Source: an uncultured Collinsella sp. (GTDB lineage: Bacteria; Actinomycetota; Coriobacteriia; Coriobacteriales; Coriobacteriaceae). From it: a stretch of 64,000 nucleotides of DNA. The notes below the pieces were generated by a model. It worked only from the letters and a program-made list of their open reading frames with translations. It searched no databases and had not been told where the DNA came from. This document shows positions 7,651 through 17,299 of the stretch, piece by piece. Position 1 is the stretch's first letter. The number at the start of each line of letters is the position of its first letter. The position numbers and the translations under genes were made by a program. The stretch is taken from assembly GCA_905199225.1 (NCBI GenBank), contig CAJKFS010000001.1:7895-71894 (forward strand). Reading direction: 5' to 3'.

Positions 7651-9789
7651 ATGGAGGTGCTGGTTGTTGGCAACACCGCATATGTTGACGATGACTTTTG
7701 TGCCAAGGCGTTCCCCGGGGACCACGTTAAGGTCGTCGCTGCCGCGGAAGCGCGCCGCGACGAGTCGTCGCCCCATGCCTCGTGGAAAGAGCTCCTCCAG
7801 CACCTGGATCAGGCCTACGAGTTCGACCGCGTGGTTTACCTGTCTAATTACCTTACCCCGCATACCGATTCCGTGGGCGATATCGAGCTGCTGCGCTCGG
7901 TCTTTCGTACGTGCGCGGGTCGCCGGGTCCAACTGCTGTATGTAGCGGGGCCCGCGGGTGCCGAGGGTGCCGCCGATGCCGCGGGGCGAACGGGCAAGGG
8001 CATTATCGCGCACGCAGCCAACGACCTGTGCCGCTACTACGCTGCTCGCGAGGGCGTTCAGACCAAGATCCTGCGCGTGCCGTTCCTCTATACCGCGTCT
8101 GCCGCGCTGGAGGACCCGTTTTTGGTGCCGATGTTCGACGCATGCTCAACCGGATCGGCCGCTCTGCAGGGCGCGCAGGATGCGGCGTTTCCCCTGCTGT
8201 GTGCCGAGGAGCTTTCGGTGCTGGTACGCCGTATCTTCGACAGCTGGAATGCTAACTTTGAGACGCTCGACGTAGTCGATACCTTCCATCACACGGTGGG
8301 TGAGGTGGGCGACGCCCTCAAGGCGCTGTTCCCAGGGCTCTCAGTTGCCTATGGCGATTCTGCCGGCTACGCCCTGCCCGCCAGCGACGTCGCTCGCGTG
8401 CGCTATGGCTGGTTTCAGCGCTACGACTTGCTGCGCGACCTCTCGACCATTCAGGCTCGCTGGGATGCTGGCCGTGCAAAGAAGGTCAACCCCTTGCGCG
8501 CGGCCATCGACCGCATTCAAATGCGCACGCTGCCTGTCAAATGCCTGGAGACGGCAGCCGCCTGGGTGCTCTTTGAAGTGCTGGAGCGCTTGTTCTCCCA
8601 ATCGACCCAGCTCAACGTGCTCGATTATCGCCTGCTCTACGTGGTGCTGATCGGCACGCTGTATGGCTTGGACTTTGGCCTGGTTGCGGCGCTGCTGGCG
8701 TCGGTGGGTTTGGCTGCGAGTTACTTTACTCTGTACGGCTATACCTTCCAGGGCCTGTTCTACGAGCCGTCCAACTGGCTGCCGTTTATTGCGTACTTTG
8801 TTGTGGGTGCCGTGTGCGGCTATGTGCAGCTGCGCAACAGCGAAGCCATTAGGGCGGAGCGCGATCAAAACGAGCTCGTGCGCAACCGCAATACGTTCCT
8901 TACGCAGCTCTATCACGACGCGATCGAGGACAAGCGTGCGTACAGGCGCCAGATCGTGGGTCGCCACGACAGCTTTGGCAAGATCTTTGCCGTGACGCAG
9001 GAGCTCGACGTGCTCAACCCACGCGACATCTATCGCAAGTGCTGCGAGCTTCTGGGCGAGATCCTCGAGAACGATTCGGTGGCGATCTACCATGTTTCGG
9101 GCGGGGCATTTGCACGCCTGGTGGCGGCAAGTCCCGCGATTGCCGAAGATGCCGCACGTTCGCTCACGCTTGAGCAGCTTGCACCTCTTTTGAGCGACGG
9201 GGGTCGTTCGAACCTGTGGGTGAACCGCGAACTGATGCCGGGGCTTCCCATGTTTTGTTATACGATCGAGCGCGATGGGGCACCCGCCGTGTTGATCTTT
9301 GTGCGTCGCGCGGCCGAAAACCAAATGACCCTCTATTACCAAAACCTGTTCCGCATCTTGTGTGGCCTGGTCGAAAGCGCGCTGGGCCGTGCCTTTGACT
9401 ATGAGGCGGTGGCACAGGATAAACGCTGCGTTGACGGCACTTGCGTGCTCAAGCAGGCTGCCTTTGGCCAAGAGCTCGCGGCCGAGCAGGCGCTGGCAGA
9501 TGGCAAGATGGGGAGTTTTTTGCTCCTGCGCGTGGTACCAGGCATGGAGCCTATCGGCGAGCTGGTGGGCGCGATTGGGTCGGCGATCCGCGAGAGCGAT
9601 GCGGCGGGCCTGATCGACGGCGACGTGCTCTACCTGCTTATGCGCCAGGCAAAGGCATGCGATCTGCCCATTATCCGCGAGCGCCTGAGCGAAAAGCAGA
9701 TTGAGGTGGAGCCCGTCGACGGCGAGGATATCGTGGCGCTGTTGCAGCACATCTCTTACACCGGTGACGGTGAGGGGGGTGCCGCTTGA
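7651..9789 (+). CDS. pelD: PelD-like c-di-GMP receptor: N-terminal degenerate SDR/epimerase-like domain, transmembrane helices, and a GAF / degenerate-GGDEF C-terminus
   Basis: RESD(x5)DGDVL gives an intact I-site RxxD five residues before a degenerate GG(D/E)EF position. Hydrophobic helices occur near residues 330-400. The N-terminus (VLVVGN..., ...RVPFLYTAS) looks like a Rossmann/epimerase fold without GxxGxxG. It is the first gene of an operon containing pelF and pelG. The ATG is preceded by GGGGAGGAG. Confidence 0.6.
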   Translation: MEVLVVGNTAYVDDDFCAKAFPGDHVKVVAAAEARRDESSPHASWKELLQHLDQAYEFDRVVYLSNYLTPHTDSVGDIELLRSVFRTCAGRRVQLLYVAGPAGAEGAADAAGRTGKGIIAHAANDLCRYYAAREGVQTKILRVPFLYTASAALEDPFLVPMFDACSTGSAALQGAQDAAFPLLCAEELSVLVRRIFDSWNANFETLDVVDTFHHTVGEVGDALKALFPGLSVAYGDSAGYALPASDVARVRYGWFQRYDLLRDLSTIQARWDAGRAKKVNPLRAAIDRIQMRTLPVKCLETAAAWVLFEVLERLFSQSTQLNVLDYRLLYVVLIGTLYGLDFGLVAALLASVGLAASYFTLYGYTFQGLFYEPSNWLPFIAYFVVGAVCGYVQLRNSEAIRAERDQNELVRNRNTFLTQLYHDAIEDKRAYRRQIVGRHDSFGKIFAVTQELDVLNPRDIYRKCCELLGEILENDSVAIYHVSGGAFARLVAASPAIAEDAARSLTLEQLAPLLSDGGRSNLWVNRELMPGLPMFCYTIERDGAPAVLIFVRRAAENQMTLYYQNLFRILCGLVESALGRAFDYEAVAQDKRCVDGTCVLKQAAFGQELAAEQALADGKMGSFLLLRVVPGMEPIGELVGAIGSAIRESDAAGLIDGDVLYLLMRQAKACDLPIIRERLSEKQIEVEPVDGEDIVALLQHISYTGDGEGGAA

Positions 9790-10691
9790 TCTCGCTTGTC
9801 GTTGCTGCCGTCTTGCTGCTGATTCATGCGCTGGTTTGCCTGGTGCTGTGGACGCTCATGAAGTTGGGCCTGCTGCCGGTGCGCGGGCACATGCTGCCTG
9901 TGATAGTGCTGGTGCCGCTGTGGGGCCCGTTGCTGGTGGTTCTGCTATCGGTCTGCAGCGCGGTGTTTGGCGAGGGACTGAATGAGTCTGCGCTGGAGTC
10001 GCTGCGCTTCAACGACGACCTGCATCGCAGCATCTTAGTGCACGAACGTGATGCCGATGCAGGCGTGATCCCGCTCGAGGAGGCGCTCATCGTCAACGAC
10101 CCGGCAGACCGGCGCCGCCTAATGCTCTCCATGCTCACCGAGGAGCCCGACGCGTACCTGGCGCAGCTGCAGGCGGCTAAGCTTAACGACGACGTTGAGG
10201 TGGCTCACTATGCCGCGACGGCGGTGGCGCAGATCTCCAAGGAGTCCGACCTTAAACTGCAGCAGCTGGAGCGTGCCTTTAAGACGGACCCGAGCGCGCA
10301 AAACCTCAACGAATACTGCGATTTTCTTGGTGAATACTTGGGCTCGGGCTTGGCTGAGGGGCGCGTGGCTCAGATTCAACGCCAACAGTACGCGCGCTTG
10401 CTTGCGCGTCGCTGCGAGCGCGAGGACACCCTTGAGCTTCGCATTCGATACGCGACGGCGCTGGCCGATGTCGGACAGATCGACGAGGCGCAGGCCGTGA
10501 CCGACCAGCTGGTGCTCGACGTGCCCGAGGAGCAGGAGGTTTGGATGCTTTGCCTGCGCCTGGCGGTGATGCGCCGCGACGGTGACGAGGTCCACCGCGT
10601 GATCGATGCGATTGACAAACAGCATGTATACTTGAGCGCCGCCAACCGCGAGGAACTGGCGTTTTGGCGCAACGGAGAGGAGGCCCGATGA
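9786..10691 (+). CDS. pelE: PelE-like membrane protein (N-terminal transmembrane helices plus helical/TPR-like repeats)
   Basis: A hydrophobic N-terminus with two predicted transmembrane segments is followed by an alpha-helical repeat region. Its position between pelD and pelA matches Gram-positive pel operons. The TTG start overlaps the pelD stop. Confidence 0.5.
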   Translation: MISLVVAAVLLLIHALVCLVLWTLMKLGLLPVRGHMLPVIVLVPLWGPLLVVLLSVCSAVFGEGLNESALESLRFNDDLHRSILVHERDADAGVIPLEEALIVNDPADRRRLMLSMLTEEPDAYLAQLQAAKLNDDVEVAHYAATAVAQISKESDLKLQQLERAFKTDPSAQNLNEYCDFLGEYLGSGLAEGRVAQIQRQQYARLLARRCEREDTLELRIRYATALADVGQIDEAQAVTDQLVLDVPEEQEVWMLCLRLAVMRRDGDEVHRVIDAIDKQHVYLSAANREELAFWRNGEEAR

Positions 10692-12568
10692 GCGTGGTGC
10701 AGCATATCCGCGACCGTGCGGGCCATTTTCGCTGGATGGGGCTGCTTGTGGTGTGGGCGGTCTTTATTGCCATGGCGGCCGTGCTGCTGGTGGAGCGCGC
10801 CGGCGTGCAGTACAGTGCGGGCCAGCATAAGCTGGGGATGCTTGCCGCCAACGATGCGGTGCCGGCTTCCTCCGCAATATTTGGCCAAAAGCCCACGTGC
10901 CTGGTCATTACCGATTCCGACCAAGCTGGCGTCGAGGACGTAAAGGAGCAGTTTGACCAGATCCTGCTCGACATGAAGATCGCGCACCGCGACGTGGACC
11001 TTGCCCTGGACGGCGTGGATGCCATTCCCTCGCTGACCTCCTTCGATCGCGTGATTTTGCTCATGCCGTCGCTCGATGGGCTCGGTACGCACCTGAGTGA
11101 CATTATGAGTTGGGTGAGTGCCGGTGGTTCGCTTATGCTCGCCATGCCTCCGGATAACTCGAGCTATCTGCAAGTAATTGCCCCCAAGCTTGGCATTGAA
11201 TCGGCCGGATATGACTATGTAAAAGCCGAAAGCATTGTGCCGAGCGAGGACTTTATGCTGGGCGGGGGAGAGCGCTACGAGCTCTCGGACCCCTTCGATT
11301 CGTCGCTTTCGGTTTCGCTGCGCGAGACGGCTCGTGTGTGGGCTAAGACCGGCGATGCGGGCGCCCCGCTCATTTGGTCGAATGACTGCGGTAGCGGGCG
11401 CACCGTGGTATGCAATATCGGTATCTATGACAAGGTTATGCGCGGTTTTTACGCCGCGGCGATCAGCCTGCTGGGCGATGCCACGGCCTATCCGGTCATC
11501 AACAGCGCCGTTTTCTACCTAGACGACTTTCCCAGCCCCGTGCCCTCGGGCGATGGCACCTACATCAAGCGCGACTACGGGCTTTCCATTGCCGATTTTT
11601 ACACCAAGGTTTGGTGGCCCGATCTGCAAAAGCTCGCGCAAAAATATGGCATTCGCTTTACCGGCGTGATGATCGAAAACTACGAGGACGCGGTCAACCA
11701 GACCGAGCCCGCGCGCCAGGCCGATACCACGCAGTTCCGCTACTTTGGCGGTATGCTGCTGCAGATGGGCGGAGAGCTGGGCTTTCACGGCTACAACCAT
11801 CAGCCTCTGGCGCTCTGGGATACCGACTATGGCAAGCTGTACGACTACAAGACGTGGAAGAACGAGGAAACGCTCGTCGCGTCGCTCAACGAGCTCATCG
11901 CCTTTCAGGACGAGGTGCTGCCCAACGCGCACGGCTCGGTCTATGTGCCACCGTCGAATATCCTTTCGGCCCGTGCGCGCAAGCTTATTGGCACCGACGT
12001 TCCGCGCATTAAGACCATCGCCAGTACGTATTTTGAGGATGGCACCGTCTTGCCCCATGTGCAGGAGTTTGGCGTGGCGAGCGATGGCATTGTGGAGCAG
12101 CCACGTATTGTCTCGGGCGGCATGGTCAACGATTCCTATATGCGTCTGGCAGCCGTGTCCGAGCTCAACATGCACTACGTGAGTACGCACTTTATGCACC
12201 CGGATGATCTGCTCGATCCCGATCGCGGCGCCAAGGAGGGCTGGGAGGTCTACAAGGGCGGTCTGACCAACTACCTGGAGTGGCTTACCAAGTCTGCGCC
12301 CGACCTGCGGCGCCAGACCGGTTCGGAATGCTCGGGCGCCATCCAGCGCTTTTCGTCCGTGACGGTGAGCGTGGATACAAGTGCGGATGCCTGGACGCTC
12401 AGCCTGGGCAATTTCCACGACGAGGCGTGGCTCATGTTCCGCGCCAACAACGGTGAGCCCGGTGCAGTCACGGGTGGCGAGATTACGCATCTGACGGGCG
12501 ACCTGTACCTGGTCAAAGCCACGGACAAGACGGTGACCATTGCACGCAAGGAGGGTGGCGACAAATGA
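10688..12568 (+). CDS. pelA: PelA-like polysaccharide deacetylase (CE4-like) with an N-terminal membrane anchor
   Basis: CE4-like motif 1 FYLDDFP and motif 2 HGYNHQP. An N-terminal transmembrane helix is present. ATGA start/stop coupling links it to pelE upstream and pelF downstream. Confidence 0.55.
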   Translation: MSVVQHIRDRAGHFRWMGLLVVWAVFIAMAAVLLVERAGVQYSAGQHKLGMLAANDAVPASSAIFGQKPTCLVITDSDQAGVEDVKEQFDQILLDMKIAHRDVDLALDGVDAIPSLTSFDRVILLMPSLDGLGTHLSDIMSWVSAGGSLMLAMPPDNSSYLQVIAPKLGIESAGYDYVKAESIVPSEDFMLGGGERYELSDPFDSSLSVSLRETARVWAKTGDAGAPLIWSNDCGSGRTVVCNIGIYDKVMRGFYAAAISLLGDATAYPVINSAVFYLDDFPSPVPSGDGTYIKRDYGLSIADFYTKVWWPDLQKLAQKYGIRFTGVMIENYEDAVNQTEPARQADTTQFRYFGGMLLQMGGELGFHGYNHQPLALWDTDYGKLYDYKTWKNEETLVASLNELIAFQDEVLPNAHGSVYVPPSNILSARARKLIGTDVPRIKTIASTYFEDGTVLPHVQEFGVASDGIVEQPRIVSGGMVNDSYMRLAAVSELNMHYVSTHFMHPDDLLDPDRGAKEGWEVYKGGLTNYLEWLTKSAPDLRRQTGSECSGAIQRFSSVTVSVDTSADAWTLSLGNFHDEAWLMFRANNGEPGAVTGGEITHLTGDLYLVKATDKTVTIARKEGGDK

Positions 12569-13992
12569 GAATCTGCTTGGTACTCGAGGGTTGCTACCCC
12601 TATGTGCACGGCGGCGTGTCCACCTGGATGCACGGCTACATACAGGCCATGCCCGAGCACGAGTTTGTGCTGTGGGTGATTGGCGCGCATGCTGTCGACC
12701 GCGGCAAGTTTGTCTACGAGCTGCCCGGCAACGTGGTCGAGGTGCACGAGGTGTTTCTGGACGACGCCCTGCGCCTATCGGGCGAGCAAGAAGAGGCCGA
12801 CTTTAACGCCCGCGAGCGCGAGGCGCTGCGCCGCCTGGTGTCGCTCTCCAATCCGGACTGGGACGTGCTATTCGATATCTTCCAGCGCCGTCGCGTGCAT
12901 CCGCTCTCGTTTTTGCAGAGTCGCGCCTTTATGGATATCTTTCGCGACGTGTGCCTGGCCGAGTACCCATACACGCCCTTTGCCGATGCATTCCACACCA
13001 TGCGCTCCATGCTGCTGCCCGTGCTCTACCTTCTGGGCAGCGAGGTGCCGGTGGCCGATGTGTACCACGCCATCTCGACCGGCTACGGTGGCCTGCTCGC
13101 CTGCCTGGGCTCAAGCGTTCACCATGCGCCGGTGCTGCTGACCGAGCATGGCATCTATACTCGCGAACGCGAGGAAGAGATCATTCGCGCTGACTGGGTG
13201 GTGCCGTCGTTTAAGGACCGCTGGATCCGCTTTTTCTACCTGCTTTCGGAGGAGATCTACCGTCGCGCCTTCCGCGTGACCAGTTTGTTCCATAACGCCC
13301 GCAAGACGCAGATCGATATGGGCTGCGATGCGGACAAATGCCTGGTCATCCCCAACGGCATCCAGTTCGACCGCTTTAAGGACATTCCCTTAAAGCCCGA
13401 TGACGGCTGGGTGGACATTGGCGCGGTGGTGCGCCTGGCGCCCATCAAGGACGTCAAGACCATGATCTATGCGTTCTTTGAGCTGCACGAGCGCCTGCCC
13501 AAGGTGCGCCTGCACGTTATGGGCGGCGTGGACGACGAGGAGTACGGCGCTGAGTGCCACGCGCTGGTCGATACCCTGGGCGTGCGCGACCTGATCTTTA
13601 CCGGCCGCGTCAACGTGGTCGAGTACATGGAAAAGCTCGACTTTACCATTTTGACGAGCATCTCCGAGGGCCAGCCACTCAGCGTGCTGGAGTCGCTTGC
13701 AGCGCGCCGTCCCTGCGTGACGACCGAGGTGGGCTGCTGTCGCGAGCTGCTCGAAGGCGCCCCGGGCGACGACTTTGGCGTGGCGGGTTTTGTGACGCCG
13801 CCCATGTATCGCAAGGGCTTGGCCGATGCCATGGAGCGCATGTGCGTGAGCCGCGCCCGTCGCATTGAGATGGGGGAGCGCGGGCAGCGTCGCGTTGCCA
13901 CGTACTTTTTGCACGAGCAGATGCTCGCCAACTATCGCGCGCTGTACGACGAGACGGCGTGTGCGTTTAACCTGCCCAGAGAGGGGGAGTAG
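12565..13992 (+). CDS. pelF: PelF, a GT4-family glycosyltransferase with an N-terminal DUF3492
   Basis: N-terminus MRICLVLEGCYPYVHGGVSTW matches the PelF/DUF3492 signature (CLLLEG.YPYV.GGVSSW). The C-terminus has the GT4 fold motif E..GQPLSVLES.A. Confidence 0.85.
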   Translation: MRICLVLEGCYPYVHGGVSTWMHGYIQAMPEHEFVLWVIGAHAVDRGKFVYELPGNVVEVHEVFLDDALRLSGEQEEADFNAREREALRRLVSLSNPDWDVLFDIFQRRRVHPLSFLQSRAFMDIFRDVCLAEYPYTPFADAFHTMRSMLLPVLYLLGSEVPVADVYHAISTGYGGLLACLGSSVHHAPVLLTEHGIYTREREEEIIRADWVVPSFKDRWIRFFYLLSEEIYRRAFRVTSLFHNARKTQIDMGCDADKCLVIPNGIQFDRFKDIPLKPDDGWVDIGAVVRLAPIKDVKTMIYAFFELHERLPKVRLHVMGGVDDEEYGAECHALVDTLGVRDLIFTGRVNVVEYMEKLDFTILTSISEGQPLSVLESLAARRPCVTTEVGCCRELLEGAPGDDFGVAGFVTPPMYRKGLADAMERMCVSRARRIEMGERGQRRVATYFLHEQMLANYRALYDETACAFNLPREGE

Positions 13993-13995
13993 CCG

Positions 13996-15540
13996 GTGGC
14001 CGGAATTGGTTTTGAGCTCAAGCGCCTGTTTAGGCGCAAGGGCCTGTTTGCCACGATGCGCGCTTACGGCTACGCCGGCATCGTATGCACGGGCCCCATG
14101 CTGCTGGGTGTGCTGCTGCAGGTGGGTATTTTGGTGCTGTGCGGTCTGTGGGGTGTGGGCCGTGCCAACCAGGATCTGCTGGTGTGCATGGTGACCTACA
14201 CACTGCTGGCCTCGCTTGCGCTCACGAGCTTTTTCTCCATGCCGGTCACGCGCTTTTTGGCTGATATGTTGTTTGCCGAGCGCGAGGATGAGATACTGCC
14301 TTCGTTTTGGGGCTCCAATGCTGTCATGCTCGTTGCGGGCACGGTGCTCTACGGCGTTTTTTTGCTGTTCTCGGGCGCCACGCTGCTGCAGGGGCTGCTA
14401 TGCCTGTGGCTGTTCAACATTATGATCGTCAACTGGAACGGCATGAGTTACCTCACGGCCATCAAGGATTACCGCGGTATCCTGTGCAGCTTTGCGGCTG
14501 CCATTGGCGTGGCGTGCCTGTGCGCTCTGGCCGCGCTGGCGCTGGGACTGCCGCCGGTCGAGGGCCTGCTGGCGTCAATCGCTCTGGGCTACGGCGTGAT
14601 GCTCGCTTGGGACGTGGTGCTGCTGTACCGGTATTTTCCACGGAGTGACCGGAGTCCCTGGCGTTTTTTGCGCTGGCTCGACCAATTTATGCCGCTTGCG
14701 CTTACGGGGCTGTTTACCAACTTGGGGCTTTTCGCACACCTGGTTATTATCTGGGCGGGCCCTATTGGCGTGCAGATCAAAGGCCTGTTTTACGGGGCTC
14801 CTTACCATGACGTGCCGGCACTCATTGCGTTTTTGACCACACTCGTCACGACCGTCAACTTTGTGGTGTCGGTCGAGGTCAATTTCTATCCGCGCTACCG
14901 TGACTACTACAGCCTTTTTAACGACGGCGGCGTGGTGGGCGATATTGTGGTGGCCGAGGAGGAGATGCTCTCCACGCTCAACAGCGAACTGCGCTTTTGC
15001 GCGCTCAAGCAGCTGTTTGTGACGGCGGCGGTCATTTCGCTCGAGACCACAGTGCTCTCGGCCCTGCCGCTGGGCTTTAACAATCTTATGCACGGGTATT
15101 TTCGCACGTTATGCGTAGGCTACGGCCTGTATGCCGTGGGCAACACGATCCTGCTTATCTTGCTGTACTTTACCGACTACAAGGGAGCCGTTCTGGCCTC
15201 GGGCCTGTTTGCCGGTGTGGCAGGGTTGGCGACCGCCGTGTCGTTGCTTTTGCCGCAGCAGTTTTACGGCTTTGGCTTTTTGTTGGGTGCGGTGGTGTTT
15301 TTTATCGTGGCCCTGCTGCGGCTCGATACCTATACCGCCAACTTGCCGTATCGTATCCTGAGCCAGCAGCCCATTGTGGCGACCGACAAAACGGGTCGCT
15401 TTACACAGCTGGGCCGCTTGCTCGACCGTGCCGAGCAGCGCTATGAGGAGTGCCGCCGCAAGGGCGTGCCGCACGGCGCGTTTCAGCGCGCAGTAGTTCG
15501 CGTGTATCGCAACCATTGGGGAGGTTCTGATGATCGATAA
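13996..15540 (+). CDS. pelG: PelG, a polytopic membrane protein (MOP/flippase-like)
   Basis: N-terminus MAGIGFELKRLFRRKGLFATMRAYGYAGIVCTGPMLLGVLL closely resembles PelG N-termini. Roughly 12 hydrophobic segments are present. GTG start. Confidence 0.85.
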   Translation: MAGIGFELKRLFRRKGLFATMRAYGYAGIVCTGPMLLGVLLQVGILVLCGLWGVGRANQDLLVCMVTYTLLASLALTSFFSMPVTRFLADMLFAEREDEILPSFWGSNAVMLVAGTVLYGVFLLFSGATLLQGLLCLWLFNIMIVNWNGMSYLTAIKDYRGILCSFAAAIGVACLCALAALALGLPPVEGLLASIALGYGVMLAWDVVLLYRYFPRSDRSPWRFLRWLDQFMPLALTGLFTNLGLFAHLVIIWAGPIGVQIKGLFYGAPYHDVPALIAFLTTLVTTVNFVVSVEVNFYPRYRDYYSLFNDGGVVGDIVVAEEEMLSTLNSELRFCALKQLFVTAAVISLETTVLSALPLGFNNLMHGYFRTLCVGYGLYAVGNTILLILLYFTDYKGAVLASGLFAGVAGLATAVSLLLPQQFYGFGFLLGAVVFFIVALLRLDTYTANLPYRILSQQPIVATDKTGRFTQLGRLLDRAEQRYEECRRKGVPHGAFQRAVVRVYRNHWGGSDDR

Positions 15541-17299
15541 GTTGATGTCTCGCCGCTGCCTGATCGAGGCGGCTGCCGGCGCGCTGCTGCTTTCGGGCTG
15601 CTCATCTCAGGACGAATCCTCGACCAAAAAGGTCAAAAAGCAGGACAAGATTAAAAAGGCCGAGTCCTCGGACGCTACCAAGCACCTACGCGATAAAGAC
15701 GAGCTGTACGAGGTCTACGACGACTCGGGCATTGTGACCATGTACCTGACGGTCTCGCGCGGCAACAGCTCCGAGAACACCGACCACAGCTGGGCCGAGA
15801 TCAATACGTACTCGGTGTATGACTATGCCGACATGGGCGTGACGCGCTATCAGGTAATGGGCCTTTTGCAGGCGGGCGACGAAGACGGCCCGGCGGCCGG
15901 CGAGGTTGGCTATGGCGAGGAAGCGCCCAATGCTACCGTGCAGGTGCGCGGTCAGACATCGAGCATGAACTCGCAAAAGAATTACAAGGTGGAGCTCAAA
16001 AAGGGCAAGGGTACCTGGCGCCAGCAGCGCGCGATTGCGCTCAACAAGCACATGGGCGAGGGTATGCGTTTTCGCAACAAGATGGCCTACGACCTTATCC
16101 GCGGAATCCCCCAGATGATGGGCCTGCGCACGCAGTTTGTGCATCTTTGGGTGTGCGATCAGACCGAAAAGTCCAACGATACCTTTGAGGACTACGGCCT
16201 GTTTACGCAGGTGGAGCAGCTCAACAAGACGGCGCTCAAGGCACATGGCCTGGATAAGAGCGGGCACCTGTACAAGGTGAACAGCTTCGATTTCCGCCGC
16301 TACGAGGACACCATTAAACTTGCCGACGACCCAGACTACAACCAGGCAAACTTTGAGGGCATGCTCGAGATCAAGGGAGACTCGGACCACACCAAGCTTA
16401 TCGAGATGCTCGAGGCGCTCAACGACGATACGCAAAAGATCGACGATGTGCTCGACACCTACTTTGATACCGAGAACCTGGTCTATTGGCTGGCGTTTCA
16501 GCTCCTGACGGGCAACTGCGATACGCAGAACCGTAACTGCTATCTGTATAGCCCGCTCAACTCCAATACGTGGTACATCCTCGATTGGGACAACGACGGC
16601 ATGCTGCGCAAGCTGGAGCTGTCTCTGACCGGCTTTTCGGACTATGCGAGCTGGGAGCGCGGCGTAAGCAACTACTGGGGCAACGTGCTATTCAATCGTG
16701 CAATGCGTAGCAAATCGTTCCGCAGCGAGCTCGACCGCGCCGTAAAGGACCTGCGCTCGTATATGACCGAGGCACGTCTTGCCAAGATGATCAAACATTA
16801 TCGCGAGGTTACCGAATCCCTGGTTTTTGCCTCGCCCGATATCGACAATCTGCCTGTCACCAAGGACCAATACGAGCAGATCGCCGCGGCGATTCCCTCC
16901 GAGATCGAGGAGAACTATAAGAGCTACTGCGAGAGCTATAAAAAGCCCATGCCGTTCTACATTGGCGTGCCGCAGATCGATAACGGTAAGCTGCGCATTA
17001 ACTGGGATGCGTCCTACGACTTTAAGGCGCGTGACATTCGCTATACCGTGGAGCTGGCGCGCGACTATGCCATAAGCGACGTGCTTTTTAAGGCCGAGGA
17101 CGTGCTGCTGCCCGAAGTGACCTGCGATGCGCCCGATGCCGGCCAGTATTTTGTGCGCGTGCGCGCCACCAACTCAGACGGCTATACGCAAGATGCGTTT
17201 GACTACTATGTGACCGACGACGGCAAGCACTACGGCATGAAGTGTTTTTACGTGCAAGACGGCGGTAAGGTCGTGGAGGACACGTATGAGGAAGGCTAG
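15530..17299 (+). CDS. Secreted lipoprotein, CotH-like (atypical kinase family) candidate
   Basis: Lipobox LLLSGCSS. A NCYLYSPLNSNTWYILDWDNDGM segment resembles the CotH core. The start overlaps the pelG end by 11 bp. It is followed by VTC and DUF4956 genes, a recurrent CotH neighbourhood. Confidence 0.45.
   Translation: MIDKLMSRRCLIEAAAGALLLSGCSSQDESSTKKVKKQDKIKKAESSDATKHLRDKDELYEVYDDSGIVTMYLTVSRGNSSENTDHSWAEINTYSVYDYADMGVTRYQVMGLLQAGDEDGPAAGEVGYGEEAPNATVQVRGQTSSMNSQKNYKVELKKGKGTWRQQRAIALNKHMGEGMRFRNKMAYDLIRGIPQMMGLRTQFVHLWVCDQTEKSNDTFEDYGLFTQVEQLNKTALKAHGLDKSGHLYKVNSFDFRRYEDTIKLADDPDYNQANFEGMLEIKGDSDHTKLIEMLEALNDDTQKIDDVLDTYFDTENLVYWLAFQLLTGNCDTQNRNCYLYSPLNSNTWYILDWDNDGMLRKLELSLTGFSDYASWERGVSNYWGNVLFNRAMRSKSFRSELDRAVKDLRSYMTEARLAKMIKHYREVTESLVFASPDIDNLPVTKDQYEQIAAAIPSEIEENYKSYCESYKKPMPFYIGVPQIDNGKLRINWDASYDFKARDIRYTVELARDYAISDVLFKAEDVLLPEVTCDAPDAGQYFVRVRATNSDGYTQDAFDYYVTDDGKHYGMKCFYVQDGGKVVEDTYEEG

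Noticed and set aside
8341-9750. Long antisense ORFs opposite real genes (for example 8341-9750 -, 21649-22659 -, 32161-34785 -, 52728-54770 -, 55998-57239 -, 62188-63507 -, 42187-43668 -)
   Set aside because: They are high-GC artefacts. Their translations are low-complexity Arg/Ala/Gly/His-rich with no motifs. Each lies exactly opposite a gene with strong, motif-supported identity (pelD, scrB, infB, smc, ffh, ftsH, fakA).
15686-16435. 249-aa minus-strand ORF inside the CotH-like gene, and 17430-18740 (-, 436 aa) across the VTC/DUF4956 genes
   Set aside because: These are antisense artefacts: His/Arg/Val-rich, with no start context, and opposite motif-bearing genes.
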